Positions 49,601-64,000 of a stretch of 64,000 bases of DNA are shown here, in pieces (the first letter of the stretch is position 1; each line of letters opens with the position of its first letter). The notes below the pieces were generated by a model. It was not told the origin of the DNA and made no database searches. It saw only the letters and a program-made list of their open reading frames with translations. This DNA is from Balanoglossus misakiensis. Its lineage: Eukaryota; Animalia; Hemichordata. The stretch spans positions 5,132,509 through 5,196,508 of the forward strand of contig CM082586.2 of NCBI GenBank assembly GCA_040954595.2, given 5' to 3'. A program made the translations under genes and the position numbers.

Positions 49601-52600
49601 CACCGCCGTGCGGACAGGGTTTTAACATTCAGTTAAGATAGTGGGGACGAACCAATGTTTTCTGTCACCATGTACAAATATCCCAAGCAAGTATAGCCAC
49701 GCCCATAGCAACGATATGCGTCATAAATAAACCTAGCAAATCAAGGAACACTGGCTTGCATGCTATTCTTTGTGGCATATCTCGTTATTCTGTACTTTAT
49801 GCAAATTGAGTATTCGAGTCATGCGCAACATACTTCAAGGTACACTGTCAACTATGCAAATGTAGCTGCAGTTACCAAAAATTAAGAACTAAAGAAACCA
49901 AATAAAGTTTATGTTTGTAGTTGGTGAATTCACTGATACCCTTCAACTCTGATAAAAAGATACATTTATTTTGTAGTTTTAACAGTACAAATGCACAGCT
50001 TAATCATACCAATTTCTGTGAATGCGGATGTTAACGTTAACTGCTGTCAATTGTTGCCAATTGTGACTGATTTCAAAATGGTTAGCATGTTGTGAAAAAA
50101 GTTATTACACCCACAGCAGGTGATCAATCTATCTGCAGTAGTGAACTTGACACACAAAACCCCAAATTATCGATGAACACACTTCTTTGCGTGTCGCTAA
50201 TCTCACAAAAGTTTATGCTCGTGCCACCTAATCTTTACAATTAGACGTTGCCATGACAATGGGAATGGGTTGAGGACAGCTGTTACTGCTCAGATCGACG
50301 CAATCTATTGAGACCTTAGAATTGGATTTTTCATCACAGAAGATACAATACATAAAAGCAGTTTATCAGATCGACAATTATGTTTGTATGCCTTTCTCTG
50401 AGGGTTTGACCTTGGCTTTGGTGGTGTGTCTTTTTAAGTGCACTATTCCAAATGGATTTAATCTAATTTTATTAGGACAACATTTATCTTTTGTTCGCAC
50501 TAGTGATAGGGCTTGCATTTGCAATCAGGTATGTCCAAGCAAGGTGAATGAACCAGTGCAGCGTTCAGGGGGATTGATAAATAAGACAAACACTACAATT
50601 ATTATTATTTTGTACAGATGGTAGCCTGAGTTACAAAGTAAATTGCAATTTACATCAGAGCCCTCAAAAGGCAGGGAAAAAAGGAATATCACAACACAAA
50701 AGGAAAAACACTGCAAAATACAAGACTATAGTCGCAAAGACTGAACAGCCAGAAACTCTAATGTGGCGAGGAGCCTTCATCCATACCATCTGTGTGAAGA
50801 AAACTACGTAGTTGAGTCTTGAATTGTGACTCAAGTATTTCTTATGGACAGGGGAATTAATCCAACTGTTCGCTGTAAGATACGCAAAAAGATCCGTGTC
50901 CAGGTGTTCTGAACTTTACTATCTCTATAATCAGAGCATCACTGCCTGCGCGAACTCGGTCAGAGCTGCAATGGAGGGGATAATGAAATTGCACTGAAAG
51001 CCGCCTTTTCAAAGAAAAGGTGTCAAAATCTTGCCAGAAGCCATGGGCAGTATTTTTTTCACAAACACGTACGTGGGTGCAAATGCACAAAATCTCCTTT
51101 TGGATTCCCTGTGGCATGTTCCCAGTTCTTGCGAAAATCCTTTCTACTTGTCATAATACACATGTCACAACATGCGAGACAATGACGTGTTTGCTATCTA
51201 CATAAGTACTTAAGTGAGGCCGCTCTTAAGTTAAAGGGACAATGTTGTTCACGTTTGATATAAATTTTGTCAAATTTAGTTTCTTCTAATATTCAATGTT
51301 TGATATTCAACTGACTGAAATGTGCTCATTGATTTGTTGTTAAAACCGTACCTAACTTTCGGTCTTGATGTGGACATAACATCCAAAAACTCTGCACCTA
51401 TTTTAATTTCATAAAAATCTTGACCAGCACACTTGGCTGGCAACCCGGTGCTATGGTTGTTAACCAAGTCTTGCGAGATCTCACAACAAGCGCAAAAACA
51501 TCTATTACATTAGTTTGAAACATTAGACAACATCAAATCCAGGGCGTATAACGTTTCCCCGCGCAATAACTCTTTATTATCGAAGACTCGGTTCCTTTGA
51601 GCATAATGTTAGCCAGCATCAAGTAGATTGCTGAACGATGCTATTCACTGTGGAATCTGAATCCCGTGAAACCTGGTCTTAAGCACTGACAGATTGATTT
51701 TGGCATTATTAACAAGGCAGGTAATATTTCAATTAACCAGCACCATAACCCAGTTTATAGCTATGCTGCCACGAATCTTACTGAAAGCGCAATCTCAACA
51801 ACACGAACAACCTCCATTTTATGTGCTGATAGATGAATTCATGAAATGATCTATGACCCCCAAAATTTGATACATGTAGTACCTTAATCAACCACTGGTA
51901 TATTCATAATTTACGGCATTATAGTTTACCAACAAAGAGTCTGGCACAGGAGAAGTTCTGATGCTCATGATGGTACCTAGTCTAGCGTAGTGTGGATAGT
52001 ACTCTGATTATATTCATGGCCAGGAAAAGGTATCCAGCCATGCCTTGCAGATATGTCACAATTTAAGAACTGCCTGTCTCTGAACAATCAAGAACTTGTC
52101 GACATAAAATTTAATCATGGAAGAAACTTGGATGACGTCATTGGTCTTCATTAGAAGAATTCTCAAGTGGTTGTACTGCCTAAAAATAGATCACAATCAA
52201 GATAGAGTCCAGCCTTCACTGAAGAGTTCAAGTTTTACATTTATCTTCAGTCGGAGTGACACACATCTTTATACTGTAATTCAACTAGCCTAGATGTAGG
52301 ATCTATTGGCAATTGTAGCCTTTGGCCGATGCTGTATAAACTACATTACTTTCTCCCTGTTGTTTTCAACCCTGTGTGAGTATTACCGTCCACAGTGAGG
52401 GCACCACCGCAAATGATCACATATTACACGGCATATCCTTGTCTGCTTTCCTCGCAACCATTACATAGCCTTTTATTAACAACGTTATGCAGGGTACAGT
52501 AAATGAGAAAAAAATCTTGAATATAACTACACATTGTGTATGCGTAAGAGACTCTTTTCCGAACTTCACGAGACTATGCAGGATCTGGCGTGCCTAGACA

Positions 52601-55600
52601 ATTTATATTGGAAGATATTCTCATGTGACAGGTCAACAACACTGGCCATCGTGTAAAACGGCACAAAAGTTTACGTTTTGTTAAACTCTGCACCTATTCC
52701 AGATTCATACAAAGCATGACTTGTATTACTTGGCTGGCAACCTGTATCTTAGATTGACATCGAAAATGGAAAACTAAAAATTAGGACAAGGAGGGCAGCA
52801 GTTAACCTTTTCTCAAAGCCCGAGGCAAAATGTACATCTGAAACTCTAAGTTTGTTTAGACGATCACTTTGCTTTCGTGGAGTGCCTAACGGAAAACCAC
52901 TTCCTGAATATCGAAGTTCACGGATAATTAGTCGGCGTCTCACTGATAACGAGAGTGCATCTTACAGAGCTGGGGGAAATGGCCATTCTCAGCTGAAATG
53001 CTCCCAAGAACGAGTTTAGATGGCACTGCAAGGATCCTTGGATGTTAACACAGTTGTGTTTCAGACAACCCGGTTTAATATAATGGTTTCCTTTGGGCAA
53101 ATGATACACGGGTGTGGGTCTTACACGGAAAACTGAATTCTCATTATTGTGTTAACAGAAAAGTGAAAATGAATGTACTAATGATGGTCTGTCAGTCAGT
53201 CTGTCTGTCTGTGTTAACATGTTGGTCTGAGTTCGAATCTCCATACATGTACCATGTATGAGTCACTAAATATAGATTTGTCAGTTTACATAGCTGTAAT
53301 TTGGTAAAGTATTGATTTTGCTTCGGGCATTCAAAATTTGAGTAAATGACATGTGCCCAAGCTAAGGACATCTCCCTGTTTCCATAGTCGTGTTAGACGT
53401 TGTCTGTATGTTGTATGATATTTTGAAAATATTTTGGATGGCATGAGTTAATTAATGTGTACATTCTTTGCGTCATATTCTGCTGCATTATTACGTTAAG
53501 TTGTCAGAAAAACGTATCGCATTGTTAGCTGTGTACAACCTGTCGCCAATTGGCAGGTGTGAGTTTACTGAGAGATCTAATGACAGCATTTCAAAAAAAA
53601 AAAATTGCGCAGTGACCTATCACGTTTTAAGTATTTCCCATATGGGTTCCTAGGAAGACTATGTTTTCTTTTTCCGCTGCTTCGATCAGTATTGAAGGGC
53701 ATAAACCTGCAAATTTTCACATTGATACCCAGGCTCTTTTCATGCCCCGCAAGAACCTGCAAAAGGCGTTTTTTTTTTTCAATTAATCTTGCCTTTCGCT
53801 ATGACGTCAGGTAAATCCCCGTGAGATTTTTACAACCTGAAAGAATGCATTGGTCCACTGGCAGATCGTTAGTAACAGGACACCTTCATGAAACCGACAC
53901 TATGGTGTCAGTTCCTGAATTAGCTTCCCGTTAGATAAGTCTCTGCCATTCCAATAAAAACCGCTGTAATCTATACATAACGGTGGCAAATAGTAAAGTT
54001 TATTTGTATTGGGTCGCATTCTTAAATGTCAACTGGTGCACTGTGTTCCAAATTGCACAGCAGATTCTGAAGAAGGTTCTTTCATTGGTATTATCATCGC
54101 GTGCAGAAATAAGTTTCGCTTGCAATGCCATGAAAGAAGTTCCGTTTCAGAGAAATCGTGATCTCGCAAATAGATATCTTATATAATGTAAAGGCCAAGT
54201 CTTACATGATGTTCCTGTTTGAGCAGTTTTAGAATTGTCATCAAAATGAGTGGGAGTAATGTAAGATTGTAGAATACAACCCCCTTCCCCACTATCGAAA
54301 TAAATTTTGTTTCTGTGTTTCTCCCCATACACATAGCATGTTTCACCTCTCATCTGCAAGATGTAAAATACGATGAAACAAGATAAACAAATTTTCTATA
54401 GGGCGAAGTAAAAAGTACTGACTTTTCACACTAATCTCAATTCCAAGTTAACCCAAATTGTAGGCTCATATTGCATTTCTTTAGTTCTGCCTCAGTACTT
54501 CTATTTTGCCTTTGATATCTGATACATCTGCACGGCATAGAGTTCGATGATAGACAATTTGCAAATCGCATACACCTAAATGGAAACCGTCGTAGAGTTA
54601 CCGCAATCACTACTGTCTTACGAAATAATTGCCAAGCATTAATCCCCAGACAAAATCCGATTACCTTCACCAATTCCAGATCTTCGTTCAGGAGCGACAC
54701 ACAAAGGCCGTATTCCTGGAGGCTTTTTCACAAGTCAATCGATAACTGCAGGCCGGTTGGTTTGTCGAAAGAGCGATGGAATTGTCATCACACCGGAGCA
54801 GAAGATTATTATTTGCAAAAGGCCAACTTCAGGGCGGCGTGTTGCGTTAGTAATGTGGCAAGTGCTAATGAACAGCTTGTTATATGTGAGCCCTTTGTTG
54901 GTAGCCTGACACCGTTTACCCGAGGCTACTGTTCGGCAGAAATAACCCAAATTATTCTCGCGCGTCGCGTTCTGAGAACCCGATTAATACCGCACAGACT
55001 CTATCAACGTTGAATTAATGTGTTTTCCCTGCAAACTCTGCTGTGCACACGTATCATGTCCATCAACAAGCGGCGAGACTGTTTTGTTTTCATTGAAGGT
55101 GCGACGTTGCCTTTCTTGGCACGTCCACAATTGGAAGGTGTCAATTTTCGTTATCTTTTCTCGGTTGACAAAACTTAATTCATCCAATTCAACACGTTCG
55201 TGTAAAAGACAAGCGGCTCTGGCTCTGATGTGCATCGCCGAGAAATCAACACTGAAGATGAGCTGAGTAGATTGAGGAAATTTTCAACAGTCCGGTACAA
55301 AATCAGTTAAACTTGCATGCAAGATTCCAGAGACCTTAAATGCAGAAAACTCTATGATCTAAACATTGTCTGTGCAGGCTGGATGAATTTATCACAACCA
55401 TTCTATGCCAAGGAAACAGGATAGCAAATGTTTTATTGACAATAAATGGAAACCACCAGTAAGGTTACATATAGGAAACCTAGAAGGTCGACCGTAGAGG
55501 AAAGGTGGTCTTATAAAAAGAGTCTCCCTTCGAACGTACAAGAATAACAGCTGCAATGTATGTCAAATAGAGCAATCATAAAAAGATATCCATTTTTACA

Positions 55601-58600
55601 GTACGACAAATTACGCCATCATAATCATTTTCCAAATAACCATAAAGAAGATGATATTACAAACCTATAAATGTGTGATATTGTGAACTCTACTCTATTT
55701 ATACTGATATCTGCCTATCAAGATATTATAGAAATGAATGAAAAAGATATAAAATTGTCATGACGTCACAATTATGTACCATTATTGTGATGACGACTAT
55801 GGAGGATTTAGTGGACAAATTACTCCATGGCGATACCCACCTCTATACAAAGACCACTATCATTTACGTCACCGTAACGTTATACTACTGAATACCATAC
55901 CCAACCCATCAAAGTATTGCGAAATTTAATTCACTTATTACATGTATGCATGTACAAAAGAGTTGACGTCATCATGGCATTTTACATGATACTATTACAT
56001 ACTATTGCATAAAATTTGTAACAGCCATAGAACTGTTCATAATATGACAATATTAAATTTCTATAGCTTCTCTGACATGATCAATAATAGTTGTCTGATA
56101 ATAAATATGAGGAGCCCACACACATGAGTAAATGCGTTCGACAACCCCGACTGTGTATAAGGTACCTGAGCTGTTGAAAGTAGGCAACATGTTGAAATTG
56201 CTGTTTTTGTTTTCATTGTGGCAATTTAAGAACTGAATACCCCTATGGCCAGATAAAACTATCAGTTTGGTTCTGCAAGTACACAACTTTAACATATTTC
56301 CATAGAAAATTGATCTAACATTTTCTATCATTGGGGATGACTCGTTTAGTCGCTGCCGACATTTCATGGCTCCCAAGACAGAACATTTAACGACTTCAAA
56401 AAGCTTCGAAACGAGTTGGTCATAAACAGCCTAAACCATGAAAGCCAAACGATTCGCAAAATGTGGATTCATCCATGGACAATACTATTCTGCTGCTCAT
56501 AGGATAATGTATCCACCTCACCAAGATGGTGACACATTTGTTCGCCATTTGCGGCATCATTTGTTTTGCGACAGATTTGTTGCATCGGCCATTTTGGCAG
56601 ACGACCTTGTCATTTTATAGTTTATTCCATTATCCCCACAACCACTACGGCACAGGTACTAAATCGTGAATAACTGGACCACGTTTTCGAAAATGACTCC
56701 TTTTTACGGTTAGTCTAAAGCTAGTGATTTATCAAGCGTTCGCCAAATGCCACGTGCACGTGACATTAAAAATCCCCGCTCTCAGTATTTACGACATAAA
56801 AGGTATCATGGTTATGGCACATCCGGGGTTGCCCGTATGTAAGCCACACCGTGTACGGTATGAGATTACCATCACAGTAGGAATAAAATAACATCTCTCT
56901 ATGGGTGCTATTTCTAACAGGCGTACCGGTATGGACTTCATGCAAAGCACAACACTTCGAATTTTAATTGCATATTGTGCAATGAGTTCCGATCTTCAAG
57001 TGAAAGGCACGTACCTCAGTCGTTACGGAGGGTTCACACTGCTCTGATAGCCAGCGGTCCAGGATTACAACTCTCTGTGACAACTAGCAGACTGCGACTG
57101 TACGCCCGTCTATGATACCTGGAGAGATAAACACAGTGCGATATAATAAAAATGCTACTGTCTATCACCAGTTTCTGGGTGAACTACAGAAACATCTCAC
57201 ATTAACATCGACGCAAGCAGATCGTGGAAGAAATATTGAACTCTCGTCACCGACACAATGGGATATTATTTGTAGCAGTCGGTTATTTACTTCTACTGAA
57301 TAACAATCCATTTCAGATGTGAGGGGATATCGATGAAGCATGTCAGAGCAGTGCCATTGATAAGCTTTTGAGATTTGCGAAAAGGTGAAGATCAAAGACA
57401 GATCGGTCCATGAAATCAATTCCAAGCAACCAAGAAGTTTTTACAGATGTAACGCATGTTAACAGCTGTTCTTCTAAAGTGTGCTTCAAGCTTATCCCCA
57501 TCGCGCAAGTCGTTATCTGCGGCAATGGATCGATTGAACTTCATCCCTGTGTTTGACGCAAACCGTATGAAAGAGAAACATCAAAATATTCAGCCACAAC
57601 AGTGCAACATCACTGACGAAAGATGTTCCCAAACTGTTTGGGATTACGTATACTGATGGCCAACGTACAGTGAAATGTTAAAATGTTCGTAAAATTTATG
57701 TAAGAATTAATGCACTGCGGTATACACAATGAACAAATAAAGTCATCAATGCAAGTGCATGGGGTTATTTGTAGCAGTACGTATTATTACGATTCAAGAA
57801 AGAATTGTTCTGTGGGTAAGGTACGGAATGGCATTATACCGGTACAATGTATGATCCTAGCAGAAAACGTGGACATAACTGTTTTAGGTCATTGTCCTAA
57901 TGAGGCCAATTTATATGGGTTGCGATGCGCCGGTTCTTTGACAGGAGTTTACAAATCTGACAGTTATTTCCCGCCTCTGTAGTCTGCAGATGCTACAATA
58001 ATCGTCTGGTGCAAGTACATCATGTCTGGAGGTCATTCCCCAAACGATTGACCTATCAGACTAATGCCCAACCTCAACAATTTATGGTGATCACTGAAGG
58101 CATTTAATGTCGACTACTCCAAATGATATGTCGTAAAGTGTACATTTAATTCCAGGAAGTATATTTTCTTAATCATGCCGTAAAACTCAACATGATCGTT
58201 CAGTGCAGCGTCGTGGCAAGATCCGCTGTAGTGCGCAGACGGCAAATCACGCGTTAAAGCGCATTCTGAAAAAAAGTCTTACATGAGAAAGTCATTTACT
58301 ATAAGTGTAAGAAGAAGCATACACGTTTGATGGTATGTGAAACTATCTATTTATGGGGTAATTGCCATCATTTTATGACCTAAGGTACGCACCTTAAAGA
58401 CACGTTTGCAGAAAGGTGATAGTTCACCAAACCTTGATTTTCCCCCCATAAAATTAATTGAGATGACGTACAGGTTATGGACAACTGTTATTGACCATTT
58501 TAAAACAAGACCAAGCCCACCATATGATCAACGTGTCTTTATGTTGATGGCTATGATGAAATGCCCATTAGTAAGCCAGTCTTAATTATTGGGTCGTGTA

Positions 58601-61600
58601 GCAGTCAAAAAATGGTCCATGCCATTGCTGAAATTTAATGATTATTGGATTAGTCTGCATGCTGCGAGAAGGAAAGCTGAAATCTTAACCAGTCTGTGTT
58701 TGATGTGGGTTGCAGTGAATGTAACACTACACTCGTTATGGGATCTTTGCAGAAGTTAGTAAGGATTTCCCGTGGTTGTGTAATTCTATCCCTTAATTCT
58801 GGGTGACGCTGATGCAAACGGAATACTGATTGGACGGCCAGCGACTGACCTTGTGAGTTTATTTGTAGGTCGTAACAGACATCTGACCCATTCCACTTTT
58901 GTCTCATTAACATATCAGTTAAAGGGAACATTTAAAGCGAATCTTTGCATTAAAATAAGCGGATCGTATGTTCAAAACCCACCCTAATGGCAAGTGTTCA
59001 GAGTTTGTAGGTGTTTAAATGCCACCACGCTTTTTGGATTCTACATCACATCCACAAGAAATCCACTATTGAACAAAATGATATGTCGCATAATGATTAA
59101 GTTACACAGAAACAGTGCTGTCAACAGGCTTTGGCTGAATAGTCTGACATCAGTACTATTACAATGGACAGTTTGTTGCATAGGCTTACCTGACCAGCAG
59201 CATGTGCAGTCGTGAGGTACAGTACGATGCTGAAGAGTGAATAGCGAACAGCCTCTGTGACTGTGAATGTAAAGATGAGGCTCTTATGTTGCCCATCACC
59301 ATAGCAACCAGAAAAAACCTATACACATCGCATGTCATCAAGGGGAAGTGTGGAAACCTATGCAAATTTGACAAATTCCATCAGCAGTTTATTTTTTCCT
59401 AGGTCTGTGTGTATCATTTTAACCAGTGACAATTGTAATGATCATTTTAGTCTAAAGCTTTTCGCACATGTGCACTCGATGGCATAGATGTGTGTTGATT
59501 ATATTGAGACCGCCGTAATAGTATTCATTTATTCGGGTCGCTTATTAAACTAAATCGTTTATATTGTACCGTCTCTAAATGATTTGACTTCAGTGACAAT
59601 GGTCATGAAAAGATCTCATCTTACACAGATGTTGTATGTTTGCAATCTGTGATGATGTGTGTTGATTGTGGGATAAAGGCGGCACATCAGTGCAACAGCG
59701 CTTCGTGTTAAAGAAAATGAAAGGGGTTGAAAGGGATATATGGTCTATAAACAACCGCAGATTATAGAGGCGTGCCATGCAGATTATAAAGTTGGATAAA
59801 CTACGTAGAGAAAAAAAATGTTGTTTGGCTAGTTTTTGGCAAATCAAATTTAAAGCGATGAAGTACGTTAACAATAGTTTTGAAATGAATATAGCAGAGA
59901 GATAATTGCTTACAGAGCTGTTTTGTTACAAACCTAATATGTTCCTGGACATATAGCAAATAAATGCATAAATATTAATTTATTAAGCAGTTTCTCTTAT
60001 TTTACTCACTCAGGTACATGTGGTTATCATACTCAAGCGTATTTACCTGTTTAAAATGCATCTTGTAAGGAGATAAGCTTCCAAATACATTTATGCGTGT
60101 TTCATGAGCAACTTTGGTCTTCTGACCAAGATAAGCTTGCAATACAAGCCATGGGCAGGTTTAATCAAAGATCACCACAAGCGTATGTTACTGTAGCAAT
60201 AGAAAAGCAACGACGCCAGCCAACCAATATCTTAGCCATCTATAGTCTATGAATACACTTGAAATTAAAAGACAGAGAACAGACATGGTATCTTTTCTGC
60301 TCCGAGGGCCAGTGGTCTAATTACTAATGTTGAATAACAGCAAAGACGATGAAGAAAGCTCGTCTGACCAAAGAGACTGATTGGCTCCAAACCCACAAGT
60401 AACAACAACACTGTCTATAGCCATTAAGTCACACACACAAAAAAACCACTCAGCCATACCCAAAACCCAATGAATTCCAAGAGAAATTTTACGCGTCTGG
60501 TACCACAATAGTCCCATTACAGTCTGCAGCCATGGAATTGTCTCCATTTACCTGGGGCAGAGGAACAGAAGTTTTGAAGATTCGCACGCAAGTGTCCATA
60601 GTGAACATTCAAGCATAGCCAAAATAATTCCATGACATTTATGCATATAGACAAGGAGACAATCACTGAGAGACAAATTAAACCAGAATGAGTAAATCTC
60701 ATTTCCGATTTTAAAACTGTCACACAGGTCTTATGTAGCCTATCAATGTGTATCTCTTGTTAGTGCTAAATTTACATAATTGAATCAAATAAATCCCATG
60801 CGGAAAACCAATTTGTTAACAAAATAACGACAGCTATCTGTGACGATTTAACTCCATTGGTTGATAATCATTATTCTCATGTAGGAACTTGTGGCTTGTT
60901 AAGTTTTGGGCAACATCATGTGCATACCAATGAAGACAATATACCGTAGAGTTGGTTAAGAAACTGGGTTGCCCTTGGTTGCGTCATTAATGCTTTATAA
61001 CTCGATTTCCTGTTATCTCCAATGGTGCTTTATTCCAAAAACACTGACTCAGGTGGCCATTGCGACTCCCAAAAGAAATGTATGAAACAACTTTTACTTC
61101 ATCCTGTATTATTCATCATGACTTCAACATTTGACCAAGCCTACTCAGTATGAACCCCATGTTCCTCAAATGTCATCACTAAAGGCAGTTTTATTTTATT
61201 TATGTATACAAGTTATGACATTTACACTGAATATTCCTAATACATCAGGTGTATGCGGTGAATGTCTAACAGGCACATTTTCAATGTATTTTTCATGAAA
61301 TGCAAATTGTACTAATGATAATATATCCGAATAGCCAGTGGACTTGATCAGTGTTCCTCTTCAGACCGTAAAGCATCTAATTTTTATGATATTTCCGTTG
61401 TTAACGGGAATATCGTGAAGACATGACGGTACATGTGTCTTTAAAGAGATAAAGTTGGGCAATTACACAAATGTCATCTTTTGCGTCATACACTGTCCAC
61501 CAATGCATGCTGACAATACATGTGTGGACAATACCGTTATATGGTCCGTTAACCAACATTGCAAACATGGTTAGTGCTGAGGGCATGGTCTATAAATTCA

Positions 61601-64000
61601 TTTTCATAGCAACATATAACCAACCAGATTCACACGCCAAACTCTCTAAAGTTGTCAAGCTAGGAGAATGCACCGAATGGGCAATGTAGCCTAAAATAGT
61701 TGCACAAGCTTGTTTCCATGCAAAACTCTTCATATCCTAGTCAGGCTTTTTTCATCCAATGTTCCTTCAGGTTTTTATTTGTATACACAGACAGTGTCTT
61801 CCGATAAAGAGACGCCAATTTGCCTGGAAGAATCAAAGTACAGCGACAATACTTCCCAAAATATGTTTCCGTACATGCCAAAAGGCATGCATGAATGTCT
61901 GTTTGTCTGATAATTTTCAGTCTGGAATGTGACAAATGCACTGTGGCGTCAGATATGGTTGGTATGTATTTCATGCATGTATGCATGTCATCAAATGCCT
62001 CATAGTTGTGTGTTTTAGTCTCCTATCAAAATAACTGATAGTATTTTTCGCCCATGGCTCTTATTCTTACTTCAATTTAAACATCACCTGGTAACATTGC
62101 AGCAACCGTGACTGAAATTGGGAAATCAATTTTCACGTTCGATCTATACGCTTCGCGAATCTTTAAATTACGTCGTAAAATCTATAGGACCTACACAGTC
62201 CTCTTGACGTGTTAAATTTTCATTTGACATTTGGAGAAATGTGTTATCTCCTACCGATAAAATCAAAATTTCAATGGAGATTCCTTAACGGTTATGCTGA
62301 CAACTGGTATGCGCATGGTGCATGTGTAGTAAACTCTCTTACGTGAGCAGTTGCTACTAACAACATTTTTACGAGAGAGTGAAATTCCCTTTTTATTGAA
62401 ATATCGCGGCCAATAATCTCATTAAGCTGCTGTGGAGACTATCAGAAAGTGTTCCTTGTCAGCTCTTGGTATTGCAAATTTGATGTGTTTCGGGTTCAAA
62501 ATGATCTGGTTTGTACCACATCCATGTGCGTTTCATCGCTGCTGATGGTCATGTGTTTAAAAATGAACTGTGAGACACATCAGTTTCCTACCGCTATATT
62601 TTCCATCGTACCTGTACCCATGTTAATGAATACAATGACAAGAATTTATCTCTGTATATTTTTTTAAATTGGATATTCAACTGTGTATTAAAGAAACAGA
62701 ACAACAGCAAATACCCAGGTCACGAATATAATGTAGTTTGAGCTAATAATAAATAGGTATTTAGAGGTGTGGATTTAAACGTGTGTAATTTTACTCTCAC
62801 GTGTATGGCGGGAATTGATCGGATTTAAAGTGTTTTTGCTTGAAACAACACCCTGTCTACAGGAAAATAAGCAAAGGAAATCCCCTACCTGTTCCACTAG
62901 CAAATTAGACAGCTTTAGTCGTGTCTGTAACTCACTTGGCATCCATTTGTGTGATTATATAGCGACATACCCGTCGTCATGGTAACTGCCTTATCGTTTC
63001 ATTTACGCAGAGTTTCTTCTACAGTGCGATTTTTGATGCCAGATAAGAATCATCAACTGATGAGGTCCTGCTAGAGTTTTTTCCCCCGTCTCTTTTGCGG
63101 TGTGTTCTATTAATGGAAGTGGGATTCACCTGAAAATCTGATCCTGTTTACTGTGTTGCACGTCATTGCTAACCTTTTGTAAACTGCGAAAGTGTGACGC
63201 TATTGGACAATCAGAAATTGATAATGCCAATTCCATGAAGTACCAATGCTTTGGTTTGGTTTAGTATAGTTTGATATACCGTCTCCCCCGAAGGGATGTT
63301 TGTCTTCTAGATTTGTCCTTTAGTAGAAGCAGTGTATTGGTCGAGAAACGCATAATTAATATATATATATATATAATATCCGGTCTGTCACCAGATCTCC
63401 AGTGCATGATATGCAGAGCAAACAAAATGAATGTGTTCAGGTTGCACAGCATGCCTTGAGCAATAATACACCAACCACGATGTACATACAAAATGTACAA
63501 ACATGTATGTATGATGACGTTGGTACATTAAAACTTCAACTCAATCGCATGCTGTCTATTGCCTTGAATTGAAATCGATGCAGGCAAGAATGCCTATATG
63601 CTTCATCTGTTTTCCCAGATTGGTGTGTTTTAATAATGCTGCTAACACTTGAAATGCACTTGAGCTTGGGAAGCTCCATGAATACATTCAAAGCAGTGGC
63701 TTCATGGGCTATAAGTTGATGCTATACTACTAATGCTTGCGAGTTCGTCAGCCATTTAATGTGCGATTAGCGCAACCCAAAAGAGAAACATGACGACATT
63801 CAAGATTATAGGAAAGAAAAAAACAAATCTTCTTGATTACTGCCTTCTCTCACGGCTGAAAAGAAGAAAAACAGCTTTCTATTTTGGTGAGCGGAAATTG
63901 CATTCAGTGAGCGGACATTTCCTCGAGCCATTTTCCCAGATTGCTTCCGTGATCGCTGTGTAATTGTCTTTAATTTCGAACTCGGACTTTCCGGCCCCTC

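Noticed and set aside
53185-53380. tRNA gene or SINE (GTTCGAATC B-box at ~53232, after a (GTCT)n tract)
   Set aside because: No A-box or cloverleaf could be built. It may be a repeat remnant, but this cannot be supported from the window alone.
26119-64000. Numerous 60-120 aa ORFs
   Set aside because: No codon bias, recognisable motifs or consistent splice-phase chains. Consistent with random ORFs, many with non-ATG starts.

Overview
AT-rich animal genomic DNA with GT-AG introns and AATAAA signals. The composition and repeats suggest a marine invertebrate, possibly a hemichordate-like deuterostome (inference only). The first 22 kb hold four tightly packed genes: (1) a + strand gene of at least 9 coding exons (4413-9640, at least 972 aa) encoding a long disordered N-terminus, one PDZ and two PH domains, with one GC-AG intron; (2) a - strand, single-coding-exon, 218-aa unknown protein (14290-14946) rich in basophilic kinase sites with an RVxF motif; (3) DTWD1, tRNA acp3U transferase (4 exons, 17421-18695), head-to-head with gene 2; (4) a - strand class A peptide-type GPCR with an intronless CDS (20977-22104). 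In the remaining ~42 kb I found no credible coding gene. That region contains a 6 x 153-bp satellite built around a TTAA-flanked piggyBac-like 93-bp MITE (a free copy sits in an intron of gene 1), a (TATG)n microsatellite, a decayed L2/CR1 LINE fragment, many perfect CRE palindromes and RFX X-boxes, and a candidate - strand promoter/first exon at ~43 kb that may belong to the GPCR. No prokaryotic-type system (CRISPR, defence island) is present. The most promising leads are regulatory and structural and remain hypotheses.
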